A stretch of 64,000 bases of DNA, taken from contig JAUCBJ010000145.1 of assembly GCA_032718475.1 (NCBI GenBank), positions 1 to 64,000 of the forward strand, written 5' to 3'. The notes beneath the pieces are model-generated. The model saw only the letters and a program-made list of their open reading frames with translations. It was not told where the DNA came from and did no database searches. Of the stretch, positions 37,104 through 49,504 are shown one piece after another. Within the stretch, counting starts at the first letter, position 1. The number at the start of each line of letters is the position of its first letter. The stretch comes from Nemertoderma westbladi. Lineage: Eukaryota > Animalia > Xenacoelomorpha. A program made the position numbers and the translations under genes.

Positions 37104-40100
37104 GTAAGATTGTTGCCCGTACCTTCCCTCACGTAAGATTGTTTCCCGTACCCTCCCTCACGTAAGATTGTTTCCCGTACCCTCCCTCACGTAAGATTGT
37201 TTCCCGTACCCTCCCACACGTAAGATTGTTTCCCGTACCCTCCCTCACGTAAGATTGTTTCCCGTACCCTCCCTCACGTAAGATTGTTTCCCGTACCCTC
37301 CCTCACGTAAGATTGTTTCCCGTACCCTCCCACACGTAAGATTGTTTCCCGTACCCTCCCTCACGTAAGATTGTTTCCCGTACCCTCCCTCACGTAAGAT
37401 TGTTTCCCGTACCCTCCCTCACGTAAGATTGTTTCCCGTACCCTCCCACACGTAAGATTGTTTCCCGTACCCTCCCTCACGTAAGATTGTTTCCCGTACC
37501 CTCCCTCACGTAAGATTGTTTCCCGTACCCTCGGTAAGATTGTTTCCCATAACCTTCCACACGTAAGATTGTTTCCCCTACCCTCCCTCGCGTACGATTG
37601 TTTCCCGTACCCTCCCACACGTAAGATTGTTTCCCGTACCCTCCCTCACGTAAGATTGTTTCCCGTACCCTCCCTCACGTAAGATTGTTTCCCGTACCCT
37701 CCCTCACGTAAGATTGTTTCCCGTACCCTCCCTCACGTAAGATTGTTTCCCGTACCCTCGGTAAGATTGTTTCCCATAACCTTCACCACGTAAGATTGTT
37801 TCCCCTACCCTCCCTCGCATAAGATTGTTTCCCGTACCCTCCCCTCACGTAAGATTGTTTCCCGAACCCTCCCTCACGTAAGATTGTTTCCCGCAACCTC
37901 CCTCACGTAAGATTGTTTCCCGTACCTCCCCTCACGTAAGATTGTTTCCCGTACCCTCCCACACGTAAGATTGTTTCCCGTACCCTCCCCTCAGTATGAT
38001 TGTTTCCCGTACCCTCCCCTCAGTATGATTGTTTCCCGTACCCTCCCTCACGTAAGATTGTTTCCCGTACCCTCGGTAAGATTGTTTCCCGTACCCTCCC
38101 TCACGTAAGATTGTTTCCCGTACCCTCCCTCACGTAAGATTGTTTCCCGTACCCTCCCTCACGTAAGATTGTTTCCCGTACCCTCCCTCACGTAAGATTG
38201 TTTCCCGTACCCTCCCTCACGTAAGATTGTTTCCCGTACCCTCGGTAAGATTGTTTCCCATAACCTTCCACACGTAAGATTGTTTCCCCTACCCTCCCTC
38301 GCGTACGATTGTTTCCCGTACCCTCCCTCACGTAAGATTGTTTCCCGTACCCTCCCTCACGTAAGATTGTTTCCCGTACCCTCCCTCACGTAAGATTGTT
38401 TCCCGAACCATCCCTCACGTAAGATTGTTTCCCGCAACCTCCCTCACGTAAGATTATTTCCCGTACCTCCCCTCACGTAAGATTGTTTCCCGTACCCTCC
38501 CTCACGTAAGATTGTTTCCCGTACCCTCGGTAAGATTGTTTCCCGTACCCTCCCTCACGTAAGATTGTTTCCCGTACCCTCGGTAAGATTGTTTCCCATA
38601 ACCTTCCACACGTAAGATTGTTTCCCCTACCCTCCCTCGCGTACGATTGTTTCCCGTACCCTCCCTCACGTAAGATTGTTTCCCGTACCCTCCCTCACGT
38701 AAGATTGTTTCCCGTACCCTCCCTCACGTAAGATTGTTTCCCGTACCCTCCCTCACGTAAGATTGTTTCCCGTACCCTCCCTCACGTAAGATTGTTTCCC
38801 GTACCCTCCCTCACGTAAGATTGTTTCCCGTACCCTCCCTCACGTAAGATTGTTTCCCGTACCCTCCCTCACGTAAGATTGTTTCCCGTACCCTCCCTCA
38901 CGTAAGATTGTTTCCCGTACCCTCCCCTCAGTATGATTGTTTCCCATAGCCTTCCACACGTAAGATTGTTTCCCATAACCTTCCACACGTAAGATTGTTT
39001 CCCATAACCTTCCACACGTAAGATTGTTTCCCGTACCCTCCCTCACGTAAGATTGTTTCCCGTACCCTCCCTCACGTAAGATTGTTTCCCGTACCCTCCC
39101 TCACGTAAGATTGTTTCCCGTACCCTCCCTCACGTAAGATTGTTTCCCGTACTCTCCCTCACGTAAGATTGTTTCCCGTACCCTCCCACACGTAAGATTG
39201 TTTCCCGTACCCTCCCTCACGTAAGATTGTTTCCCGTACTCTCCCTCACGTAAGATTGTTTCCCGTACCCTCCCACACGTAAGATTGTTTCCCGTACCCT
39301 CCCACACGTAAGATTGTTTCCCGTACCCTCCCTCACGTAAGATTGTTTCCCGTACCCTTCCACACGTAAGATTGTTTCCCGTACCCTCCCTCACGTAAGA
39401 TTGTTTCCCGTACCCTCCCACACGTAAGATTGTTTCCCGTACCCTCCATCACGTAAGATTGTTTCCCGTACCCTCCCCTCAGTATGATTGTTTCCCATAG
39501 CCTTCCACACGTAAGATTGTTTCCCATAACCTTCCACACGTAAGATTGTTTCCCATAGCCTTCCACACGTAAGATTGTTTCCCATAACCTTCCACACGTA
39601 AGATTGTTTCCCATAACCTTCCACACGTAAGATTGTTTCCCGTACCCTCCCACACGTAAGATTGTTTCCCGTACCCTCCCTCACGTAAGATTGTTTCCCG
39701 TACCCTCCCCTCAGTATGATTGTTTCCCATAGCCTTCCACACGTAAGATTGTTTCCCATAACCTTCCACACGTAAGATTGTTTCCCATAACCTTCCACAC
39801 GTAAGATTGTTTCCCGTACCCTCCCACACGTAAGATTGTTTCCCGTACCCTCCCTCACGTAAGATTGTTTCCCGTACCCTCCCTCACGTAAGATTGTTTC
39901 CCGTACCCTCCCTCACGTAAGATTGTTTCCCGTACCCTCCCACACGTAAGATTGTTTCCCGTACCCTCCCTCACGTAAGATTGTTTCCCGTACCCTCCCT
40001 CACGTAAGATTGTTTCCCGTACCCTCCCTCACGTAAGATTGTTTCCCGTACCCTCCCACACGTAAGATTGTTTCCCGTACCCTCCCTCACGTAAGATTGT

Positions 40101-41591
40101 TTCCCGTACCCTCCCTCACGTAAGATTGTTTCCCGTACCCTCCCTCACGTAAGATTGTTTCCCGTACCCTCCCTCACGTAAGATTGTTTCCCGTACCCTC
40201 CCACACGTAAGATTGTTTCCCGTACCCTCCCTCACGTAAGATTGTTTCCCGTACCCTCCCTCACGTAAGATTGTTTCCCGTACCCTCCCACACGTAAGAT
40301 TGTTTCCCGTACCCTCCCACACGTAAGATTGTTTCCCGTACCCTCCCTCACGTAAGATTGTTTCCCGTACCCTCCCACACGTAAGATTGTTTCCCGTACC
40401 CTCCCTCACGTAAGATTGTTTCCCGTACCCTCCCTCACGTAAGATTGTTTCCCGTACCCTCCCACACGTAAGATTGTTTCCCGTACCCTCCCTCACGTAA
40501 GATTGTTTCCCGTACCCTCCCTCACGTAATATTGTTTCCCGTACCCTCCCTCACGTAAGATTGTTTCCCGTACCCTCCCACACGTAAGATTGTTTCCCGT
40601 ACCCTCCCTCACGTAAGATTGTTTTCCGTACCCTCCCTCACGTAAGATTGTTTCCCGTACCCTCCCACACGTAAGATTGTTTCCCGTACCCTCCCTCACG
40701 TAAGATTGTTTCCCGTACCCTCCCTCACGTAAGATTGTTTCCCGTACCCTCCCTCACGTAAGATTGTTTCCCGTACCCTCCCTCACGTAAGATTGTTTCC
40801 CGTACCCTCCCACACGTAAGATTGTTTCCCGTACCCTCCCTCACGTAAGATTGTTTCCCGTACCCTCCCTCACGTAAGATTGTTTCCCGTACCCTCCCTC
40901 ACGTAAGATTGTTTCCCGTACCCTCCCACACGTAAGATTGTTTCCCGTACCCTCCCTCACGTAAGATTGTTTCCCGTACCCTCCCTCACGTAAGATTGTT
41001 TCCCGTACCCTCCCACACGTAAGATTGTTTCCCGTACCCTCCCTCACGTAAGATTGTTTCCCGTACCCTCCCCTCAGTATGATTGTTTCCCATAGCCTTC
41101 CACACGTAAGATTGTTTCCCATAACCTTCCACACGTAAGATTGTTTCCCATAACCTTCCACACGTAAGATTGTTTCCCGTACCCTCCCACACGTAAGATT
41201 GTTTCCCGTACCCTCCCTCACGTAAGATTGTTTCCCGTACCCTCCCTCACGTAAGATTGTTTCCCGTACCCTCCCTCACGTAAGATTGTTTCCCGTACCC
41301 TCCCACACGTAAGATTGTTTCCCGTACCCTCCCTCACGTAAGATTGTTTCCCGTACCCTCCCTCACGTAAGATTGTTTCCGGTACCCTCCCTCACGTAAG
41401 ATTGTTTCCCGTACCCTCCCACACGTAAGATTGTTTCCCGTACCCTCCCTCACGTAAGATTGTTTCCCGTACCCTCCCTCACGTAAGATTGTTTCCCTTA
41501 CCCTCCCTCGCGTAAGATTGTTTCCCGTACCCTCCCACACGTAAGATTGTTTCCCGTACCCTCCCTCACGTAAGATTGTTTCCCGTACCCT
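37104..41591. repeat. 29-bp satellite, roughly 155 copies, with higher-order blocks
   Basis: Unit CACGTAAGATTGTTTCCCGTACCCTCCCT; variant blocks recur. Confidence 0.98.
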
Positions 41592-41659
41592 TCCTTGCTG
41601 CGTATAAAGTTGACACAATGATGTAAACATGTACCCGTATTTATTTTATATTATAATTG

Positions 41660-42074
41660 ATAAGGGAAAGGCATTGGCTTTTCAGGATTTGGAAGACACA
41701 CAGAATACATTGTAAACATATGGTCCGATTATTTAGAGCAGCAGTAGTATCAGTATGTGAGTCCATCCTGGGATCTAACAGCTGAAGACACCAAATCTCA
41801 GGATAGCACATTCACAAGAGTGATACGTCGGGTTCATTGTGTCAATTACAATAGCCGCCTCCGCTTTGTAGGACATTGTTTTCGCCGTGAGGATCAGCCA
41901 GTGCATAATCTCGTACTTTGGCAGCCTCATGGAGTGAATAAGCATGGTGGACAGCCCATGACTTTCTTGAGACGCATCTTAAAGGACACTGGCCTTGAAG
42001 ATGCTGATACTCTCGCGAAAGTCATGGGGGATAGGGAGTTGTTGTGGTGCAATTTTGTTGATAAGCCGGCATAG
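41660..42074 (+). mobile_element. Decayed RTE-like LINE 3' fragment
   Basis: SRLRFVGHCFRREDQPVHNLVLWQP...ILKDTGL...VMGDRELLW resembles RTE ORF2 C-termini. Confidence 0.75.
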
Positions 42075-42710
42075 CATTCTTAATGCACGTTGCATTGGGC
42101 TTGCCAATTGTGGATTCATGCATGGTGGTGACAAAATATTTTTGTTACGATAACCTAGCATCTCAATGTGAAGCTTCAATGCAGTAGGCCGATTATAGTT
42201 GTAGTAGTAGTATAATTGATAAAAGTAGTGCCGTTTTGAAAATCTTACTTGAAAATTCTGGTTTCTTCACTTCACTCCAATGTGTCAATATCAAAAGGAA
42301 TCATCTTCAAATAAAAAAAATAAAAAAGATAGTTTTTATTTATCCGGTCCATTTAAATAACGGTGCCCCGGAATTCATAATATATCCATTAATTATTTTA
42401 TTTTATCTTATTGCGATTTGAAGTTTAGAATTTCTAAAAATAAAAAATTCAAAATTAAAGAAAAGGATTAGTTAGAAATAAATAACTAAGGTTTATTATA
42501 AAGTACAATTTATAAATTAATATATCTATAAAGTTTGTTTGTAATTGTTCGTTAAAAGGGATCATTATGTCGATTCCGACCGGAATTCTCTGATAAATTC
42601 CGGGGCAAATTACATACTATTAATAATTATTAACTAACTATACAAAATCTACGAAGTTGACTATAGAATTAAATTATGATTGAGGACCTTTTAAGTACCG
42701 GTTGAATATA

Positions 42711-45119
42711 TTACTCGGTATCACTATCGCTATCTACTAGTGTAGTATAGCTGGGAGGCGAGCACCTGCCGTGGAAAGAACGAGAACTAGCAATATTGTT
42801 GCTGCTTGATGAGACTACCTTTAAGATAAAACCCTTACAATCTTTACAGACATCGACTGCGGCTCGGGGAGTCGGCGTAGGTTGCAAGGAAATCTTGCGC
42901 TTGTGAGATACTGGGGAAGTGTCTGGACTCGAAGGGGCTGAACGAAACGCCCCGGGAGCGACTGGCGATAGACAAGAAATCGGAACTCGAAGAAAATGCC
43001 GTTCCGCAGTAACCGGTAAATCCATGGCGTTGATGCAGTGCCGGCACACGTATTTCTGGCACAGTTTGCACCGGTACGAGCGTTTAAACAGCCCAAACCG
43101 ATAGGTGCGACACGTGAAGCAAACCTTTTCCGCACGCACGGCGGCACAGAGTCGCTCATCAAGCTGAAGATTGTCGAGCTCTGCACTGGTAAGAACGCCT
43201 CGAATGTGAATGATCTCCTTGAATGTAAGAGATAGACAGTCTGGTGGGCGGCGGGCAGGGGGGAAGATGTGTTCGGACGAAACCCGGATATGGGAGGGGG
43301 GCTTCTGTGGGGTAGCTAGTCGACGTGCCGCCGCGGACGAGGGAATATTTACTAGCGAATGGCGACGCGGGAGTGGTTGCGAGCAGGGTATGCTGGGACG
43401 AGAGATTCGGGAGGGAGTGCAAATAGAAGCAGTACGATTGGGAGTAGAGCCATAGGGAGCATTGTGGATAGGAGTAGAGCTGTAGGGGGCGTTGTGGGTG
43501 GGAGCAGAGCCATGGGGAGCGTTGTGGATGGGAGTAGAGCTGTAGGGAGCAGCGTGGATGGGAGTAGAACTGTAGGGAGGCTTGTGAACGGGAGTAGGGG
43601 CATAGGAAGCGTTGTGGGTGGGAGTAGAGCGATAAGGAGCCTTGTGGGTGGGAGTAGAATCATAGGGATCGTTGTGGGTGGGGGATGAAATATATGAGAT
43701 GGAGTTACGCGATGGCCCAGATGGGATTTTGTGTTTAGAGGTGGAGTAGAAATCCATTGCATTAGTGACATGTCTGGGTGGAGTAATTAGCTCATGAATA
43801 CTCTGCATTGTTTCAGCAATCTGGTTGTGAACATCAGCGCTGTCTGAGTCTATATCATCATCTGTCAAAATGTCTGTTTCATCATCTGATGAATCATCAG
43901 CAAACTCGGAGCATTCATCATCAGTGGGAATATCTGCTAATCCCCCGACGGGAGCTTCAAGTCGCAGCTTGGGTTGGTTGGAGTAGCGAATCTCCCCACC
44001 GGGCCCCCCGGACGAGTCAATGACCCGACCTAGACTCACTCCACGCCTCTCGTTGGCGCGTTGTCCCAATGGCTTCAGACGCTCCGAGTGGGTGGCAGTA
44101 CGGATGTCTGCTAGAATGCGTTCCCTATTGGACGGGTCCCACTTCGAGACAAGGGGAGCCAATACGCGGAGGCCAGCAGACCGCAACGGGGGTCTGGACC
44201 GGATGAACTCCAGGATTCGTTCGCGGGCGCTCAAACGAACGCTTCGTCCCATAGCCACCTCCTCTACTTTACGCAACTCATAAGCCTTTGTTCGAATATC
44301 TTTCATTAACATTTCATATGGAGTCAATACCGAATATTCCATTGGTGGTGTATTGGATATGTTATCAATTTTACGCAAGGACACGCCATTGCGGAGTTCT
44401 CGAATAACCTGAACCCAGAGCTGCGCCCATTGAGCCACCGAGATATTATCCAAGTCCTCCGGATTATCGCCACTCTCGTTATTATCATGGCATCTTTTAG
44501 AATTTGTAATTTTGGATAAGAAGGTGGTTAATTCAATTCCTTCCGCGTATAAAGCGCGACACACAGATTGGTAATGGGAGGGAGCTTCAGCGGGATTGGA
44601 GAGACGGGAAGCGCATATGCGGACCACTTTATCGAACCTGTCAATAGGTCCATAAAAATCACCGCTGTGAACACCTAATCCAGACCTTTCAATCGAGGGC
44701 GCATCCTCTTCCACATCTGAGTCGGAAATGCAGCCTTCATCCGCTGCACTATCCGTGTCTGTATCATTCGATTCATCCGTCATGCGAGTAATGAGATCGT
44801 CAAGGGATGCCGAAAGATGACGTTCCTCTTTATTATCAAGGTTGTAATTAAGCGCTTGATAGATGAGACATCCAATAGAGTAAATTGCACATCTCACCCA
44901 CTTTGGAGTCCGACTTTGATTGCCTTGGGAGTTAATAATAATAAATCCTTCCCGGTTTAGTAAAACTTCGTTTAATGTTTTGGGAGAATTAAAGTCTCCC
45001 ACGAAATCCTTAGATGATAATTCCTTTACACTCTGATAAATTATAGCAAATGAATGTTCTTCGGTAATAGCGGCATTAAATGTTTGTAAGATAGAATTTA
45101 TACTTATCGCGGCGTCCAT
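42711..45119 (-). CDS. spire: Protein spire homolog (actin nucleator), single coding exon
   Basis: KIND domain (ISINSILQTFNAAITEEHSFAIIYQ...GCLIYQALNYNLDNKEERHLS), four WH2-like motifs (LWVQVIRELRNGVSLRKI, LTPYEMLMKDIRTKAYELRKV, ARERILEFIRSRPPLR, ERILADIR..LKP), Spir-box (LSLTFKEIIHIRGVLTSAEL) and modified FYVE (CFTC..CKLC..CRHC..CKDC). First ATG at 45119. Confidence 0.95.
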   Translation of the reverse strand: MDAAISINSILQTFNAAITEEHSFAIIYQSVKELSSKDFVGDFNSPKTLNEVLLNREGFIIINSQGNQSRTPKWVRCAIYSIGCLIYQALNYNLDNKEERHLSASLDDLITRMTDESNDTDTDSAADEGCISDSDVEEDAPSIERSGLGVHSGDFYGPIDRFDKVVRICASRLSNPAEAPSHYQSVCRALYAEGIELTTFLSKITNSKRCHDNNESGDNPEDLDNISVAQWAQLWVQVIRELRNGVSLRKIDNISNTPPMEYSVLTPYEMLMKDIRTKAYELRKVEEVAMGRSVRLSARERILEFIRSRPPLRSAGLRVLAPLVSKWDPSNRERILADIRTATHSERLKPLGQRANERRGVSLGRVIDSSGGPGGEIRYSNQPKLRLEAPVGGLADIPTDDECSEFADDSSDDETDILTDDDIDSDSADVHNQIAETMQSIHELITPPRHVTNAMDFYSTSKHKIPSGPSRNSISYISSPTHNDPYDSTPTHKAPYRSTPTHNASYAPTPVHKPPYSSTPIHAAPYSSTPIHNAPHGSAPTHNAPYSSTPIHNAPYGSTPNRTASICTPSRISRPSIPCSQPLPRRHSLVNIPSSAAARRLATPQKPPSHIRVSSEHIFPPARRPPDCLSLTFKEIIHIRGVLTSAELDNLQLDERLCAAVRAEKVCFTCRTYRFGLFKRSYRCKLCQKYVCRHCINAMDLPVTAERHFLRVPISCLSPVAPGAFRSAPSSPDTSPVSHKRKISLQPTPTPRAAVDVCKDCKGFILKVVSSSSNNIASSRSFHGRCSPPSYTTLVDSDSDTE
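43430..43690 (-). repeat. 33-bp coding tandem repeat in spire (consensus about PTHNAPYSSTP, ~8 copies)
   Basis: Visible in both DNA and protein. Confidence 0.9.
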
Positions 45120-45890
45120 TTTCAGAAAGTTGTATTGCAGTTGCAGTATTGTCACTGCTGCTGTGTTTAAAAAGTCATGGAATTTCCGGTGAACCCGCCC
45201 GGTCTGCCGGTATCCTACTGATTACTGGATTACATAATTGTCTGATTGTACAGTTGTAGTAATGCAGTAACGGTAATTGGTACCGGTAACCATAACCAGG
45301 AAGAAAAGGGAAGCGTCACAGCAACGAATCATTATCTAGAATACTTCAATATAGGATTCCACACTAGGCCTATGTTACATGACTAGGAGGAGCTGCATTC
45401 CTGCATGGGCTATATCAGTGTAGGCCTATGCTATAAAGTATAAACTGATAAAGAAAAGAAGTGGCTACTGACCAGACGCATTGTCCATTGACCGGACCAA
45501 CTGACCGGACCCTCTAAATACCGTATTGAACCTTTATGGGCCTATTTGATTTATATTTTACTTGTGCATTATTGACCGGACCCTTACCGATATTTTATTA
45601 TCACAATGACTGAATGAAGTAGGCCTAACCTGCATAATCTTACAACAGTACAGTCTTATAACATGTGTTAACAATGTCGTTTATTGTTTTGGTTCCCCCA
45701 ACCAGCCAACACGCCTCTGTAACACTGATAATTTAAATGACAATGGGTAATGGGTCAGGTCAACGGGTCCGGTGAATTGAGCAATGGGTCCGTCAGACTA
45801 AACGTTTAGACTAACTCACTGACATGTAGCAGCATCATAGTATGCGGACAACCCGAGTAGCCTACCAGAGACATACAGTTACAGTCTTAT

Positions 45891-46993
45891 ATGAGTAACT
45901 TCTCTCAATGCGTCAAATCTGGTAGAATTATATCTCCTACAATAACTCTAAAAGTTGGATTTCCTCAAGGTGGTCCTCTAAGCGGTCCATTGTTTACGAA
46001 AGATACAGATGAAATTAGAGAAGAAGATGGTTCCCTTGCCAAGTATTCTGACGATTCTCGTTGCTTGTACTCTATTAGTTGTTCAAAAGATAATGATAAA
46101 TATGAGCTAAGTATTAAGAAAATTGTAGATTTGTCATTAAAGAAAAACTTGAAGCTGAACACAAAGAAGTCTGAGGAACTGTGCTTCATTCCAATAAATT
46201 TCAAAGACTCTAAAATCGTAGATATTGCAGAGGAAAGGATTACAATTGGGGGTAATGTCGTACCACGACCAGCTGTGGTGAAACATCTGGGAGTGTGGAT
46301 ATCAGATAATATGTCATGGAAAATCCATGTCTCTAACTTAATAAAAAAAGTTAACTACATAGTCCGCCAGTTCAGCTTCTTCATTCGGTTTGCGAGTAAA
46401 AAGACTAAAATATTTCTATTCCAAACGTACATTGCACCACACTATTTGTACTGTTCTGTGGCTTGGGTCCCTCTTACACCATCCAGTCTAAGAAAGAAGC
46501 TGCGTAAACCAATATCACTGTACGCAAGGCACTCTAAGATAGATAAACATGTGTACTTAAAATATATTAATGACGCATTCTCCACTCAATTTGTCAACAT
46601 GGTTAACAAGATTGTGGCCACACCCCGACACCCCTTACATGATTTTATCATGGCCTCCAAGTCAACGTCCACCTCAACTCGCAGCAAATACACAATGCCA
46701 AACGTTCGTACGAAATTATTTCAGAACTCATTTGCACCTATGGCCATACGATACCTTATTAGTAATGAGATGCCGTTATTTTTCGACTGAGTTAATGTCC
46801 AATGTTTATTATTTAATTTCTTATATCATCTATACTTAATATAATTTTATTTAATTTGTCAAAGACTTTATACTTATTACTTACTTACTTATTTAGCATG
46901 TTTTAATGATGCATTTGGTTTTACTATTCCCATTTACATTTTATCGATGTACAGGAATTAAAACAATATAATATATATATATATATATATATA
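45891..46993 (+). mobile_element. 5'-truncated non-LTR retrotransposon (L2/CR1 group), RT C-terminus, 3' UTR and (TA)n
   Basis: GFPQGGPLSGPLF, KYSDD, LNTKKSEEL, KHLGVWISDNMSW, RHPLH, RTKLFQNSF; 299-codon open frame. Confidence 0.9.
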
Positions 46994-47549
46994 GAGACCA
47001 CCACCGGTAAAACTACCGAAACCGAAGCCTATACTGTGAAAGAAATACTATCCCAGTCTGCCAGTATCGCAGTACTGCAGTATCCGTACCGGCTACTGTA
47101 CTACACAATACACTGACACGGTTTGACGGTAGCCTACAATTACAGAATTGTAATCAGTGTGTTAGTCTGTTAGTACTGTAGTAGGCCTAGCCTATCCACC
47201 AATTGCCAATCCAGCTATCGTAGGCCCTACTGCTTGCTGTACTGCACAGCACAGCCAGACAGCCAGACAGCTGCAGTAATTGCAAATTGTTTATGCCATA
47301 AGCCAGATAGCAGCATAGGCCTACAGCTGAACAGTCTTGCACATCAGTACTGGACTGGCTGACTGGAGTAACCATGGAATTCCTGAATTCCATGCAGTAC
47401 GGCTGTATGGTGTATGTAGCACGGCAAATGAGTCAGACAATGACAGTAAGCTTACTGCTCTGCTGTACTGGTAAAGTCTGAAAGTATGGTCTTGAAAAAT
47501 GTTTCAATTTACAATCAATAGTTTTATTGAATAAACTATGCTGTTAAAA

Positions 47550-48672
47550 GGGGGGGGGGGGGGGGGGGGGGGGGTAGCGCACTTTCTGACCAAAAGTCGA
47601 ATTTTTGAAACATATCCTATCTAATGCAGAATCTCATGCTGAATCCAAATATGTAAACCGTTTTCCCATATCTTGCTTAGTTTTCGAGATATCTGGGAGT
47701 AGAAGATACTGGCTCCGATCTATCGCGATATCTGATATCGGTAAAGGAGATGAAGTTTGGGGTGTGCATTAAATTTCTGCAAATTTCTGTGCTCAGTGGT
47801 GCTAATTGGATGTCTCCACGAGAAAGAGCACATAATTTTAATTGAGAAAGTATATTTTTTATGATTATTGGACCTACTGATTAGTTTATAAGACAATTTC
47901 AAATCTCTGGAATGAAGACGGGACTCGAATAAGCGACTCTGTGGTCTTTGAGGAAATACACGGAATAGACTTATTGGTCATCGGATATCTTCAAAATGTG
48001 GTCGTACGGAGTTCGTTTTGGGCTCATTCGAAAGCTATTATTTCAGAGACCAAAGTTACCATTTCGTTTGGCAAACTCTTGAAAGCTGCCTGAGCAATCA
48101 TAACTTGAACAAAATTTGCAAGGCATATTTTACCCAAATTCATGTTATGTTGCTTCACAACTATTTTATTTTAAATCAAATAGTAACTTTGTTCTCTAAG
48201 AAAAGAGCTTTTGAATGAGCCTAAAACGAACTTCGTACGACTACTAGAACTGGAGATTATACATTTTGAAGATCTCCGATGACCGATAAGTCTATTCCGT
48301 GTAATCCCGCAAAGACCGCAGAGTCGCTTATTCGAGTCCCGTCTTCATTCCGGAGACTTGAAGTTGTCTTATAAACTGACAAGTAGGTCCAATAATCATA
48401 AAAAAATACATAAATTTTGTGCTCTTTCTCGTGGAGACATCCTATTGGCACCACTGAGCACAGAAATTTGCAGAAATTGAATGCATACCCCAAACTTCAT
48501 CGCCTTTACCGATATCGCGATATATTGGAGCCAGTATCTTCTATCCCAGATATCTCGAAAACTAAGCAAGATATGGGAAAACGGTTTCCATATTTGGATT
48601 CAGCCTGAAATTCTGCATCAGATAGAATATGTTTCAAAAATTCGTCATTTTGGTAGAAAATGCGCTACCCCT
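47550..48672. mobile_element. Long-TIR non-autonomous DNA transposon
   Basis: ~470-bp inverted arms, GGGTAGCGCACTTTCTGACCAAAA... / ...TTTTGGTAGAAAATGCGCTACCC. Confidence 0.85.
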
Positions 48673-48736
48673 CTATGCGGACGCGTCAAAAGCATTAAGA
48701 GGGAGAGCTGGATTTTTAAATATTAATTTCGAAACT

Positions 48737-49005
48737 ATAATTATTGTTATAATTAAGTAAGGCCAGGGATTACGCACAAAGTCTGACGACTTATTTCCAG
48801 TGCGGTCCCCCCAGAACTTTACTGCCCAGAGGAAGCTCCAGTACTCATTTAGCTATCACTTAAGGATGCAAGGCAGAGATGCGCCCTGGCTGGTCCCTTT
48901 AAAGCATTCGTGCCGAAACGAAAGCTGCACTGGCCCATGTGAGGATCGAACCCACGACCTACGGGAGATGTGAATTCAATGCAACCACTACACCAAGGTG
49001 GAACC
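48737..49005 (-). mobile_element. tRNA-derived SINE
   Basis: A box TGGTGTAGTGG and B box GGTTCGATCC. The body with TAAATGAGTAC and GGACCGCACTGGAAATAAG resembles Nin/Deu-domain SINEs. AT-rich tail. Confidence 0.75.
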
Positions 49006-49504
49006 TATTAAAACATTATAACAATAATTATCATGATTTAATCATGATAAAGGTATTTTGCTATAGTCTCCCATATCTTCTCCTTCAATCCAATATCTTT
49101 ATACGCAGGTAACTTCTTGTCATATAATACTCAATGTTGCTGTACCACCACTATAAATTTCTTTTTCTTTATCCATTTGTAATATTAACTCAGTGTAGCG
49201 GTCCAGCAACACACACACAGTCTAGCAACAAGACACTGCAGAACTACAAGACCTGCCCTGTAGTTTAATACACAACAACATATCATTTGCTCAGTACTGT
49301 ATAATAATTAATCGTACATTTATATTATAAGAATGTACATATTACTATTTGATATTGGCTTTGACGCTTCCGCGTGGGTTGGGGCTCCCCTCAAAGACTT
49401 TAATGCTTTCTATAATTTTCAATAATAATAATCACTAATATAATAATTATATTATTTTTCATAATCTATCATCTTATTATATTTCATATAATAAGTATTA
49501 ATCA

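Noticed and set aside
37104-41591. CRISPR array or repeat-protein ORFs
   Set aside because: Head-to-tail units without unique spacers and no cas genes; the ORFs are by-products of the 29-bp period.
48930-49005. tRNA gene
   Set aside because: A and B boxes are present but there is no proper acceptor stem, and it continues into a SINE body.
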